Assembly (NCBI RefSeq): GCF_018977255.1 | Contig: NW_024704742.1 | Span: 43,588,001 to 43,652,000, forward strand | Direction: 5' to 3' | Source: Callorhinchus milii | Lineage: Eukaryota | DNA length: 64,000 nucleotides | Program-made: the position numbers and the translations under genes | The notes under the pieces: model-generated | The model's database searches: none | What the model was told of the DNA's origin: nothing | What the model saw: the letters and a program-made list of their open reading frames with translations, nothing else | Shown here: piece by piece, positions 22,538-34,685 of the stretch | How positions within the stretch are numbered: the stretch's first letter is position 1 | Layout of the letters: every line of letters starts with the position of its first letter

Positions 22538-24660
22538 TAACAACAACAAAAACAACTTAGATTTGTATAGCGCCCTCCACGCCGGATGGCGTCTCAGAGC
22601 GCTTCACAGTAACGGATCCCGGGGTGCGCCAGGGTAGGGGTGGGAAGGTGACCAAAGGTGCAGTCAAAAAGAAAGGTCTTCAGCAGGGACCTGAAAACAG
22701 GAAGAGGGGGGCAAGCCGAAGGGAGTGAGGAAGGGAGTTCCGGAGCTTCGGGCATAGTGGCTGAAGGCACGGCCGCCGAGGGTGGAGCGGAGGACTTCGG
22801 GGACGAGGAGGAGGCCAGACCCGGAGGAACGAAGGCAGTGGGTACTGTTTTGAGGAGAGAGGAGGCAGAGAGTGGGATACGCAGTCAGTGCAGTCTGCCA
22901 AGGACTGGGGTGATCGGGGAACGGAGTTTGGTGTGGGTGAGAATGCGGGCGGCAGAGTTTTGAATGATCTGGATTTTGTGGATGATAGTGGATGGGAGAC
23001 CGGCGAGGAGGGCGTTAGAATAGTCCAGCCGAGAGGTGACAAAGGCATGGACCAGGGTTTCAGCGGCTTTCGGAGAGAGGTATTGGTGGAGACGGGCGAT
23101 GCGTCGGTGGTGGAAGAAAGCGGTGCTGGTGAGGGACCAGATATGGGGGAGGAAGTGTTAGAATTTACACTTTTTGTATAATGTTAGAATCATAGTAGAT
23201 GTTGCGAACGGGTTAACTTGTAAATTAAGCGTGGGGGGCAACTGGACTGACAGTCATGGGATAGGACACATCTGGTTTTCTCTGTTTTTGAAAGAATAAC
23301 CGGAACAGCTTTGGAAAAGGGCAGGGGGTCACCTCTTATCAGTAAATGACAACAGGCCCACAGAGGTAATGGTCCAAGGTACCGGTCGACACAGGATCTC
23401 GACTTAGCAATAAGTCGCTAGATTCTGACAGGGCCAAGCGACAGAAGGCAACCCTCAAGAATAGCAACTAATGAGCAAGTTGCTTAAACTAAAGAACCTT
23501 GGTACCATCCCGGGATACTGATAAGAAATAACCAGTCACTTAAAAGGAATGTACTAATGATCCCACCTAACGAAATAACGAGCATCAGATAACAGGGGTC
23601 TTAAGGACAATGTGTATGTGTGCTGAGGCACGTACACCCCATGAGGTGTGCCCAGCATGATTTTCGCCAGGTGACCTAATGTCCGCACCATAATTGGATG
23701 GACACAAGCTTAAGACACCGTGCCAGACCAAGATTGGGGCGCCCAGGACAGTACCTATCGTGGATGGAAGACTGAGATCTAGAAGGCAGAAGTAGACGAC
23801 CACGAGGGGGGATTACGCGGTAGTATTGTTCTGTTAGTGAATTGATTGATTGTGCTTACTTCGGGAACTTGGACGGATCCTGGAGTTTAATAAACACACT
23901 CTGGTTGCAAACAGTGGCTGTGTTTGATTGGAACTCGAAAAGGTTTTTTTTCTTAACAGAAGGATAATTGGGGGTCAAACCTGACGCCTAGGTTGCGTAC
24001 GGGCTCGGAGAGTTTTAAGTGGAGGTCGGGTAGGTGAAGGAGGTGAGAACCATGAGATTTTAGATGTTGACGGGAGCCAAAGAGTATGGCTTCCGTCCTG
24101 TCAACGTTCAGCTGAAGGAAATTTGTGCTCATCCAGCTCCTGAGGTCTGACAGGCAGGCTGACAGAACATCAAGGGACTGGAGGTTGCAAAGAGAGGTAA
24201 AAAATAGAGTCGGGTGTTGGCCATATACATGTGGAAATGCACCCCATGTCTGCGGATGACATCCCCAAGAGGGAGCATGTAAATCAGAAAGAGGAGGGGG
24301 CCAAGGATGGATCCTTGGGGTACCCCGTAGGTGACCGGGTGAGAGCGGGAGGAGAAGCCATTTGTGCAGATGTACTGCTGGTGGTTTGTGAGGTAGGACT
24401 CGAACCAGGCGAGTGCGGTCCCACTGAGGTGGATGACAGAGGAAAAGCGGTGGAGGAGGATGGCGTGATCGACTGTGTCGAATGCCGCGGAGAGGTCCAG
24501 GAGGACAAGGAGGCAGAGGGAGCCCTGGTCACAGATAGAGAGGATGTCGTTTGTGACTTTCACAAGTGCAGTCTCTGTACTGTGGGCACGGCGGAAACCA
24601 GATTGGAGGGGTTTGAAGAGGGAGTGGGAGGAACGGTGTGCGCGAAGTTGGTTGGTAAAT
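22538..24660 (-). mobile_element. L2 LINE fragment interrupted by a solo LTR
   Basis: ORF 24129-24563 ([26 protein letters not shown]); the reading FDPQLSF|LPHI continues across the LTR; (AAC)n tail at 22538. Confidence 0.9.
23156..23958 (+). mobile_element. Solo LTR, 803 bp, from an ERV or Gypsy-type element
   Basis: TGTTA...TAACA termini, 4-bp TSD GAAG (23152-23155 and 23959-23962), AATAAA at 23889-23894, and clean interruption of an L2. Confidence 0.88.
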
Positions 24661-25300
24661 GAAGTGCTTTGGCAAATGGATGCTATGAAGCCAACTCTGT
24701 CTCCAGGGTGCTCAGCGACAGGTCAGTGTAGGCCGGAGACCTCCCTTCCTGTAGTCACTTCTCACGTTTACCAGAAATCCACCTCACTGCTTGATACTGG
24801 ACTTTGTAAATGGGCTGGAGGAAGCCCCTCTGCTGTACCCCCAGGAGCTCAGATCCATAAAGAAGGACTGTTTGTACACAGGTCTTATATATACCACAAG
24901 CGTGACCTGCATTGGGACTTTGCTGCCCTTGAAGAGAGACAAACATGACCCGAGTGCCCTTCGCCCCAAGCAAAAATTGGTGTCCACCACAACCTCCAGC
25001 TACTAATAAGATTCAACAATTGGAACTAATGCCCCTTGTATCTCCAATCAACACAACAACAACAACAACAAATTACGCTTGTACATCGCCCTTCACTTTG
25101 GAAATACACTTGATGTCTTCTCTTGAGCCATGCAGAATCATAATTCTGCACTTAGGGGATCTACCACCATGTCCCACCGAGGGGTTGCAATCCCAGTGCT
25201 CTTTTTGGAATCCCAAAAGGGAACCTCAGAGAGAAGCTCAGACGGTACCTTGCAGGGAAGGTGCCCAGGTTGTAGTGGACTAAGAAGACCTGCCCTCCCC
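24660..25300 (-). mobile_element. Old non-L2 LINE fragment, post-RT region
   Basis: ORF 24755-24973 IYKTCVQTVLLYGSELLG...VQYQAVRWISG resembles a LINE RT C-terminal region. Confidence 0.6.
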
Positions 25301-25469
25301 TTTTGTCCAAGCTCAAGTCTTTACACAATCCCCAAATACCCAAGATTCTGCAGGGAGCAGGGGCAGGACAGCGCGGGGAGGAGCCTGGGCCTACCTTCTC
25401 AGGTACTATAAAGCACGAGGCGGCAGGGAGTTCAGCTAGGGTGTGGGGGGTGGGGCTGTGGGTGTGTGT

Positions 25470-27273
25470 GGGGGCGGAGCGTGGTCACTCCCATTCCAAC
25501 TTCCACCCACCCCCCACCCCTTCCCTCCCATACTCCGACTCCTACCCATCCTCCCCTACACACCTTCGAACCCGTTTCCCCACCCTCTGTCACCAAACTC
25601 ATCCTGTCCCTGAAACCCACCACCTGCTCCCTTGACCCCATCCCCACTCCACATCTCTCAACTCCACCCCCTTGCCCCACTTATCACAGACATCATCAAC
25701 CTGTCCCTCTCCTCTGGCTCTGTTCCCATTCCCCTAAAAACTGCCATCATCACTCCCACTTTGAAAAAACCCTCCCTTGATGCATCACAGCTAACAAGCT
25801 ACCGGCCCATCTCCAACCTCCCCTTCCTGTCCAAGGTCCTTGAAAGAGTTTTCGCCTCCCAGCTGCGCTCTTTCCTCTCCAACCATTCATTATTCGAACC
25901 CCTTCAGTCGGGTTTCCGTGCTGCCCATAGCACAGATACCGACCTGGTCAAGATCATCAATGACATCTTGACCATCTGCGACCAGGGCTCCCTCTCCCTC
26001 CTCGTCCTCCTCGACCTATCGGCAGCATTCGATACAGTCAACCACGCTATCCTCCTCCACCGCTTGTCCTCCCACCTCAACCTTCAAGGCCCTGTCCTTA
26101 AGTGTTTAGGTCGTACCTCTCCCATCCTCTTCATTTTGTTTCCACAAACGGCTTTTCCTCCACCCCCGCACTGTCTCGTGCGGTGTCCCTCAGGGCTCTG
26201 TCCTTGGTCCCCTCCTCTTCACCCTCTATATGCTCCCCCTTGGTGACATCATCCGCAGACATGGGGTTAACTTCCACATGTATGCGGATGACACCCAACT
26301 CTACCTTTCCTCCTCTACCCTCAACTCCACGACCACCGATGTCCTGACAGTCTGCCTGTCCAACATCGAGTTCTGGACGAGAGATAACTTTCTTCAGCTC
26401 AACGTGCGCAAAACTGAGGCCCTCCTGATTGGCTCACGTCAGCGCCTCCACACCTCAGGCGCTGACAGCATCAGCATCCAAGGCTGCACTCTCCACCTCT
26501 CAAAGCCGCTCAGGAACCTCGGGGTTCTGTTCGACCCTGAGCTGTACTTTCTTCCTCATATCCGCGCCACAACTGGCACCGCCTTCCATCACCTCCGAAA
26601 CGTCGCCAGACTACGGCACTACCTCACCCCTCACACTGCTGAAACTGGTCCACGCCTTTATCACCACAAGGCTGGGCTATGGGAACTCTCTCCTCGCCGG
26701 CCTTCCCGGCACCTCCCTCCACAAGCTGCAGGTCATTCAGAACTCTGCAGCTCGTGTACTGTCCCGCACCAGGCTTCGGGACCACATCACTCCCACCCTC
26801 GCTCGCCTCCACTGGCTCCCCATCCCCCAGAGGATCGAATTCAAGATCCTCACCCTCACCTACAAGGCCATTCACGACCTTGCTCCCTCCTATCTCTCCG
26901 ACCTACTATCCACCTTCTTACCTGCCCGTACCCTCCGTTCCTCTGGCTCCGGTCTGCTCCACATCCCCCGCCCCAACCGCCCTACCATCGGTGGCCAGGC
27001 CTTCAGCCTCTCAGCCCCTAGGGTCTGGAACTCTATCCCCCAGTGCCTTCGCCGCTTCCTCCCTTTCCTCCTTCAAGGCCGGTCTCAAGACCTTTCTCTT
27101 TGACCGTGCCTTTAGCACCCTCTCGACTCTCTACAACCACCTCGCTCCCTTCCTTCCTTCCCCTCACCCTGACCATTTCCTCCCTGCTCGGGTCCTGATC
27201 CAACTGTCCAGCGCCTTGGGATGTCCTCCCGACGTGAAAGTCGCTCTATAAATGGAATTTTGTTGTTGTTGTT
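25470..27273 (+). mobile_element. L2 LINE, 5'-truncated, relatively well-preserved RT with frameshifts
   Basis: ORFs 25632-26246 ([33 protein letters not shown]), 26230- ([10 protein letters not shown]) and 26429-27103; (TTG)n tail. Confidence 0.93.
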
Positions 27274-27274
27274 G

Positions 27275-28380
27275 ATTCCCTTCAACAAATCCTTGGATTT
27301 TGGGATCGCAGGATTGCAGCCCATAAATGCACTTTGTGGCCCAGTGTTCAAGCTGGCGAATGCAGCACAAAAGGTCCCCAGGTGAGTCCACCAGCAGCAC
27401 AATATCATCTGCAAACAGAAGCGCCGCAACCTTGTCAGAAAGGCTTGGATCAGATACACCCAAGACCTTCCCCCTCGATGCCATCCAACATGTAATTGAT
27501 GAATACTGTAATTAATAGAGTGTGTAACAATGGTCAGCTTTGCCTTACCCCTGTTTCAATAGGGATGGGCTCAGTGAGTCAACTCTCAACCCTTACATGC
27601 CGCGCCTTCAGCTCCCCTCTCGACTCTCTACCCCCTCCTCGCTCCCTCCCTTCTCTCCCCTCACCCTGACCATTTCCCCCCTTGCTCGGGTCCTGACCCA
27701 ACTGTACAACGCCTTGGGACGTCCTCCCGACGTGAAAGGCGCTCTATAAATGGAATCTTGTTGTTGTTGTTGTTGTTACATGGATCTTGGAGCTGGAATA
27801 CACATTCTTGATAAATCCAAGATTTTACCATGTACTCCCATGCTTTCTCGTTTCATCATGAGGGCCTCATGAGGTCAAAAGCATTGCAGACGTCAATGAA
27901 TGCAACATAGGTGTATTTCCAGTTAGCCTTCTAATGTTCTGCAATCTCAGACATATCCACAACCTGCCCTATATATTCCTCGTGAGAACAGAAACTATCT
28001 TTTCATTCCTGATCAAATCATGAGTCTCCAGTGTGTGTGATACATGTGCAGTGATCGTCCAAATCACCACTTTAAGAGCAACTGAAATCAATGAGATCCC
28101 TTCTCAGTTCTCGATGTCACTAGGGTGACCCTTCGTGTGGATAAAAAACAAAATTGCAATTGCTCTCTAGAACACTGACAAAGTGTATGCCTCAGAGAGA
28201 GTCCTGTTGGCCAATGTTAGGAGGGCAGTTCCAAGGGCAGCATAACCATTCTCGATTAATCCCCTCGGAGCAGCTTTTAGAAATTCAGCATTAATACCGT
28301 CCATAGCTCTTCAGGGGTGAGTGCCTTGCAGCTTCAGTTTCCTTATGACGTCAGCTGTAAGAGCAAGAAACCCCTTGGCT
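27275..28380 (-). mobile_element. Old non-L2 LINE RT fragment with a short nested L2 tail at ~27585-27777
   Basis: ORF 27164-27484 VAALLFADDIVLLVDSPGDL carries an RT FADD motif; likely the partner of 24660-25300. Confidence 0.65.
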
Positions 28381-28419
28381 ACATCTGTGTGATCACGCAA
28401 ACCCGAGGACTGACGATGA

Positions 28420-28970
28420 AGGTAATGAGGGACAAAAAGTGATCAAAGAGGATAAAATAGTCAATAGTGTCAAAAGCGGATGAGAGGACAAGGAAAACAA
28501 GGTGGCAGAGGGTGTCTTCACCGTAGAGGTAGAGTACATCATTGGTGCCTATGATGATGGCTGCCTTAGGGCTATGGCAGGGTGGAAAACAGACCAGAGG
28601 GGCTACAGCAGGGAATGGAGGAAATGTTGAGAGCGGAACAGAGGAGCAACAACACATTCCAGGACTAGGAAAGGTAGATTGGAGATGGGCTGGTTGTTGA
28701 AGAGTTTGTAAGGATCAAGGGTAAGTTTTTTGAGGAGGAAATGATGACAGCAGTTTTGAAAGGAAGTAGGACAGTGCCAGAAGAGAGAAACAGGTTGATA
28801 GTATCTGCTAGCAGGGGGCATAGGTGGGGCAATTCGGTGGTTAACATCTAGGTGGGGATCAAGGAGTTGGTGGTGGGTTTCATGTTGGTTATCAGTGTGG
28901 AAGAGGGGCAGTGTAGGAAGATGTAGGGAAAAGGGTGTGATGAAGAAAAGGCAAGACGAGGAAAATGGCA
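28420..28970 (-). mobile_element. L2 RT fragment
   Basis: Encodes QPISNLPFL and LVLSSAFDTID. Confidence 0.75.
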
Positions 28971-29469
28971 ATTTAGCTTCACTTTACCTCCCTGACGCCC
29001 CCTTCTCCCCACCCCAACATTGAAGGACAGTCATAATTTGGTAAGGCTTTCTTCATTTGTACCTCTTTTGAAATCTTGTGAAATGCTTTCTAGTTTCATT
29101 CCAGCCGAGAATGAATCTTAATATAAATTCTTTCAAAGAAGCCTAAGTTCACTGGTATCACATACTACTGTTGTGGACTGCATAATTCCATTGTACACTT
29201 TTATTTAAACTTACCCTTTGAAACTCTAAGCTTTGGAACTCTCTCCACCAATCCCTCAACAGTGGGCCCTCCTTTCTCTCTTTTAGATTACAATTGAAGA
29301 CCTTCCTCTTCGACCATGCTTATTGTTACCCCTTCCCTTTCCCTGGTTCAACGTCAGGCTCTGCCACTGTTAAGGTAGATAACACACTCCGAGACACTGC
29401 CCAGCAAACAGAGCGCTTTATAAATTCAAGTTGTTGCTGTTGAAGGAAAACCTGATGGAGTAAAATAAA

Positions 29470-29778
29470 TGATAATGATAATAATAATAATCCTTGTATT
29501 TTGTATAGTGCTTTTCACATCCTCTAGACGTCTTAAAGAGCTTCACAGAATATACTGTAAAGTAATTGACTGTATATTTGTGGGCGAAATGCAGCAGCCA
29601 ATTGCACACAGCAGTGCCCCACAAACAGTCATGGATTGAGTGACCAATTTGTTATTGTTTTTTTTCTTAAGTGATTATTATCAGTCGTGTGGAGTAAGGA
29701 AACTTACCCAACATTCGCCCTGTCAGGAATTGAACCCAGGTTTCTCGCTTGTGAGGTGAATGCTCTAAACACTGAGCA
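29470..29778 (-). mobile_element. tRNA-derived SINE, near full length, upstream of copy D
   Basis: Same structure as 49965-50277. Confidence 0.85.
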
Positions 29779-29989
29779 AATATGATGTGATGATCAGGCT
29801 TCACACAATACCAATATCTCTATTTAATAATAATAATAATCCTCGCATTTGATATAGCGCTTTTCACGTCGGGAGGACGTCCCAAAGCACTTCACAGGAC
29901 ATACTATGAATTTTACACAGATATCTCCCCTTGTACATTTCTCAATCATGTCTCACAGTTCTGCCTTGGTTGAATAACAAGTTTGTTTC

Positions 29990-30233
29990 AATTCTGCTCT
30001 CACACGGTTGACTAGCTTCTGGTAATAAGACAACTGTAATTTATAAAGACCGAGTGCAAATAAACTAAGTGCAGTGTGCAACTTTCAAAGTTATATCATT
30101 CGGACCCTGCACTTACTCAGAATTAGCCTGAGATGCCAAGTCAAGGAACAAACCTTGTCACTGAGAGCAAAACAGAAGAGATCAGTTGCAACCAGCAACT
30201 ACAATTGGCAAGATTTGCCCCACAATAGAACGG
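29990..30233 (+). promoter_or_regulatory. Conserved upstream module of copy D, near-identical to that of copy A
   Basis: cggttgactagcttctgg...TATAAA (30042-30047)...gttgcaaccagca matches 3473-3652 closely. Confidence 0.5.
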
Positions 30234-30887
30234 ATGATGAAGAGTTCCCCTGGGAGTCTGCTTATTTCACTCGGGGCTCTGGTGCTATCTTATGCAGGGA
30301 TACGAGTGGGTTGTCTACCAGATCCCTTCGCGGGTGCTGGGATTCCTTTGGAGATAGTGTTTAATGAGCTTCTTGCAAAGAATCAAGGCCCTGCGTATGC
30401 TGCGTGTCGAATGTTTCCTAACAAGAATTCCCAACCTGGTCAGCCAAGGATCACAGGACACGTTCTCTTCAAACAACTAGATCCAAAAAGCGGTGTAGAA
30501 GGCTATTTCAACTTGCAAGGATTTCCTTCTAGCAGCATCAAGCATCCAATGCATGTCCATGAGCTCGGATCTGTGTGGGACAGCTGTGAATCCACGGGTA
30601 AACACTACAACCCCTTCAATACAAACCACCCCAATCACCCTGGAGACTTCAACAATTTCGAAGTAACTGGTGGGAAAATTGTTAAACGCCTCACTGGTCT
30701 CAAGGTGACCTTGTTTGGCATTAATTCAATTCTTAGCCGAGGTGTGGTCTTGCATAATGGTGTGGATGACTTGGGACAAGGTGGGGATAGTGGAAGTCTT
30801 CAGGATGGAAACTCAGGGAGGCCTATAGCTTGCTGTGTCATCAGAGTCAGTACAGTTGAGTTTTGGAATTCTATTGCTTCAACTTAA
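30234..30887 (+). CDS. SOD3: SOD3-like copy D, 217 aa, secreted, catalytic Arg replaced by Pro
   Basis: Hydrophobic N-terminus MMKSSPGSLLISLGALVLSYAG; motifs YAAC, MHVHELG, GKHYNP, HPNHPGDF, VVLHNGVDDLG and GNSGRPIACC. The 3' half is nearly identical to copy C. Confidence 0.93.
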   Translation: MMKSSPGSLLISLGALVLSYAGIRVGCLPDPFAGAGIPLEIVFNELLAKNQGPAYAACRMFPNKNSQPGQPRITGHVLFKQLDPKSGVEGYFNLQGFPSSSIKHPMHVHELGSVWDSCESTGKHYNPFNTNHPNHPGDFNNFEVTGGKIVKRLTGLKVTLFGINSILSRGVVLHNGVDDLGQGGDSGSLQDGNSGRPIACCVIRVSTVEFWNSIAST

Positions 30888-31671
30888 CCAAGTGTCAGAT
30901 TTTCATTATCGGCTTTCTTAAGAAATTATCAAATTCATAGATTTACATAGACTGTATGACACGGAAAAAGGTCATTAAGCCCAAAACAGCTGGCGCTGGT
31001 GTTTACTACCCCACAAATCTTCACCCACTCCTTACTTTGTTCCGTATCCTTCTATTCCCTTCTTTGGCATTTGTATACCGAGTTTCCTCTTAAATACATC
31101 TATAATTCGGTTTCTTTTCTCTTCTCATTAGCTGCTAAAATGAAACATTCGCAGATGTTATGTGTAATGAGTACCTTATTGTCTCACTGTATTCCAATGA
31201 TAACTTGTAGTCCCAGCACTTCAGTAAAATAATTTCAGTTTTCCTCAACGAAAGATGCTTAATCATGAAATTGCTTTTGTCCGTGCATTGGAAATGCCAT
31301 CTATCGTCCTAGATTTGATTGTAAAACATATGCACTTGCTATTGGAAATCTACCCTTTTGCTGATTAGCCTATTATTTTGGAAATGGAAAGCTCAACCCC
31401 ATTACAGCAGTTTATATGAGATATATTTGTCTTACAAAACTGGTTGCTGCACAAACAGTTTTGTAGCATAAACTAGTCTTGAGGTGATTCCGTCTAGAAT
31501 GTGAAATATTACAAAAGTCAGTCTCCTAGGCAGACAAATGCATCACCTGTAAAACAGTGAGAGTGATCAGCTAACTAGAAATGTCATTGTGTTCTTTTCT
31601 CTCATCTGATAATGATAATCATTGATTTTACTACTGGCAGCATTGTCACCTCCCCAATGTTATAACAATTG

Positions 31672-31930
31672 TGTGTCAGTCTAGCTCAGTTGGTAACACT
31701 CTGGCTTCTGAATCAGAAGGTTGTGGGTTCAAGCCCCACATGAAAACTTGGAACCCATGTAGTCTCTGCTGACACTCCAATGCACTGCTAGGTGTTGCAC
31801 TGTTAGAGGTGTCATCCTTTGGAAGAGATGTTTAACTAAGGTACCATTTGGCTGCTTAGGCGATCATGAAAGATCCCATGATACTAATTTGAAAAGCAAA
31901 GGAGGTTACTCCCAGTATCAGTGACCAACA
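31672..31930 (+). mobile_element. Deu-domain tRNA SINE (SacSINE1/AmnSINE-like)
   Basis: A box tagctcagttgg, B box gggttcaagccc, then gctgacactcca...gcactgttagaggtgtcatcctttgga...aaagatcccatg, matching the recalled Deu domain. Confidence 0.7.
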
Positions 31931-32694
31931 TGCCACCACATCTTCAAAACTACCATTAGAAATTTACAGGGCAGGAGAAGGCCATTTGTCCCATTGAGTC
32001 AATAATGTCAGTCTCCCCTTTCAAGAAAGTATAACTGGACTCCTTCATGTTTGTGAAATACCACCCCATTTCCAAACTGCCCTTCCCTTCCAAACTTTCC
32101 TAGTTTCACTCTTACCACCATCTTCACTTTGTCTCTTCCGATAGCTTCTTCTCCTATCCTCTGCACAGTCACATCCAATAGCGTCTTCTTCTATCCTCTG
32201 TCCTAAGTTCTCTACACTATCTATATGCTCCTCCTTGGTGACATTATCTGTGGGCAAGGGATCCACTTCCACATATATATGGATGATACCCAATCTATCT
32301 CTCTGCCCCAACCCAATTCAGGGATACCGCTGTTTAACTCATCAACTGTTCTGGATGAGTTTTATATTTCTAAAGCTCAAAATTGATGAGACTGAGGCTC
32401 TTCTGGATGGGTCCAATCAGAGCGTATTTATTATATTATCCTTCCTTCCCTTCCTTAGTTGAATAACTTTTGGGGAAAAAAAATGCAATTTATAAGGAGG
32501 CCAAGAGGAAAAAAAGTAGAGAGCGCAACTTTCAAAGTTCGATTTCTGCACTCAACCACATACAGTTGGTGACCGAGATTCTGAGTCACAAATTTCACCT
32601 CATCATTGATTTACCAAACAATTTCTCGAACAGAGGAAATCAGTTGAAATCTGCAAACCACACTAAATTATTTGCTGCTGAAATAAAATCAACG

Positions 32695-33085
32695 ATGAAA
32701 AGTTCAACATTGAGTTTTATTGCCTTTATTTGCATTTCTTGTGCTGTATTTGCAGAAGTGTGAGGGCATTCTTTTGCAGATCTGGTGAACAAAGCGATCA
32801 TCAAAATCTACACACAGAAGTACAACAAACCGATCTATGCTCGGTGCAAAAATAAAGTCCAGCAACAACCTCGATCTAGGATAGGGTTCTTTTCAAGGAA
32901 GATTTTCCAATCAGCCCCATACAGGATTTCCAGCAGGGAGAAAAAAATCTCCAATAGAGTACTTCAGATTCATGCATTTGGCGATCCGAGTGAATGACTG
33001 TATACGTCCAGTGGTCTGTGGTACAACTCTTTTAGTTTGGGCCACCTTTATTCACTTCAGAGACACGTCCAATTTCACATCGAAG
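32695..33085 (+). pseudogene. SOD3: SOD3-like copy E, heavily decayed and 3'-truncated
   Basis: Same leader as the other copies (tttgctgctgaaataaaatcaacgATGaaaagttca), then MKSSTLSF... with TGA at 32761-32763. Residual frameshifted motifs: KPIYARCK, VLFKED, GFPAG, IHAFGD and GLWYN. No recognisable DDLG/LACC region. End coordinate approximate. Confidence 0.8.
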
Positions 33086-33574
33086 TGTCAAAAATATACA
33101 AATGGTCAAATCTTGATGGATGTGATTCATTCAGAATTTTACGAAAGAAAGTCAAATAACATGTAAGGATCTGTTTTGATGGTGGTGATGGTGATGGTTA
33201 ATTGTTACAAGTGAATAGCTTTAAATGTATTCATTTTACAATTTGCTCTAAGAATCTATTGATAAATTAAAATTACCATAAGCAAAATTTCCTTTCGTAG
33301 CTAGGTTTGATGCTACAAGGTTTAAATTGAGAAATGTGTACCTTGTATTAGTGAAATGCTTGTTTTCAAAGTAATTAAATATTTTCTAGTTTCAAATACT
33401 GTGAAGTTTTATTTTTCATTTGGCACTCAGTAAAGTACTTTCAATGTAAGTACACAGTGTGCAGGTCAACACAAATTTACACGCTTGTTATAGAAGAAGG
33501 TAACTGCAAAGTTAATATTTAACACCAAATGAAGCAAATTGCTTTCACTTCAATTAAATATAAATATATAATTA

Positions 33575-34685
33575 AAACAGCAACTACAACAACAAAATTA
33601 CATTTGTATAGCATCGTTCACGTCACGAAGACCATAATCAAAGGTACGGTCAAAGAGGAGGGTCTTAAGATGGGTCTTGAAGGAGGCAAGGGAGGGGGTG
33701 AGGTGGAGGAACCGCAGAATGGAGTGTCAGAGGGTGGGACTAGAGGGAGGGAACGTGACGTAGATTGGAACCAGCTGAGTGGAGGGAGCGAGCAGGATGG
33801 TAGGGGGTTAGGAGGTCACAGAGGTTGGGGAGCAAACCCACGGACAGCTTTGAAGGAAAGGACCAGGATCTTGAACTGTATTCTCTGCGATGACAAGCCA
33901 GTGGAGTCGGGCGAGGATGGGGGTGATAGGTTCACACAGCCTGGTGTGGGAGAGGACATGTGTTGAGGAATTATGGATGATCTGCAGCCTACGGAGGGAA
34001 GAGTTGGGGAGGCTGACAAGGAGTTTGCATAATCAAGTCTGGATATTATAAATCCATGTATAAGGGTTTCAGTAGCCTGCGGTGTGAGACAGTGGCAGAG
34101 TTGGGCGATGTCGCGGAGATGGGGGAAGGCAAAGCGGGTCATGGCACGGATATGGGGTAAAAAAGATAGTTGAGGATCAAACAAGGCGCCAAGGTTCCAG
34201 ACTGGCTTAGTAAGGCGGAGTGTACATCCATGGATGGTGATGCTGTCAGCCCCTGAGATGTGGAGGCTCTGACGGGAGCCAATCAGGAGAGCCTCAGTCT
34301 TGTTGACGTTCAAGTGAAGAAAGTTAGCTCTCATCCAGGACTTGATGTCTGACAGACATTCTGTCAGGACAGCAGTGGTCCAGGAGTCAAGGCTGGAGGC
34401 AGAGAGGTAGAGTTGGGTATCATCCGTATACATGTGGAAATTGACCCCATGTCTGCGGATAATGTAACCAAGAGGGAGCATATAGATATTGAAGAGGAGG
34501 GGACCAAGGACAGAGCCCTGAGGAATCCCGCATGAGGCGGTGCGGGGGCTAGAGGAGAAACTGTTTGTGGAGATGAAGTGGAGACGGTGTGAAAGGTAGG
34601 ATCTGATCCATTCAAGGACAGAACCATGAAAGTGAGTTGAGAGGACAGGCGGTGGAGGAGGATAGAGCGGTCAACAGTATTGAAC
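33575..34685 (-). mobile_element. L2 LINE fragment
   Basis: ORF 33816-34481 HMYTDDTQLY...IKSWMRANFL...SRLDYANSL. Confidence 0.9.

Noticed and set aside
25350..25470. GC-rich stretch with TATAAA that looks like a promoter
   Set aside because: It sits at a junction inside a LINE nest with no linked gene.
25632..27103. ORFs of 200-260 aa that could be host genes
   Set aside because: Frameshifted L2 ORF2 reverse transcriptase.
17027..30887. C and D as an assembly artefact (uncollapsed haplotypes)
   Set aside because: N-termini, leaders and flanking insertions are far too divergent for alleles.
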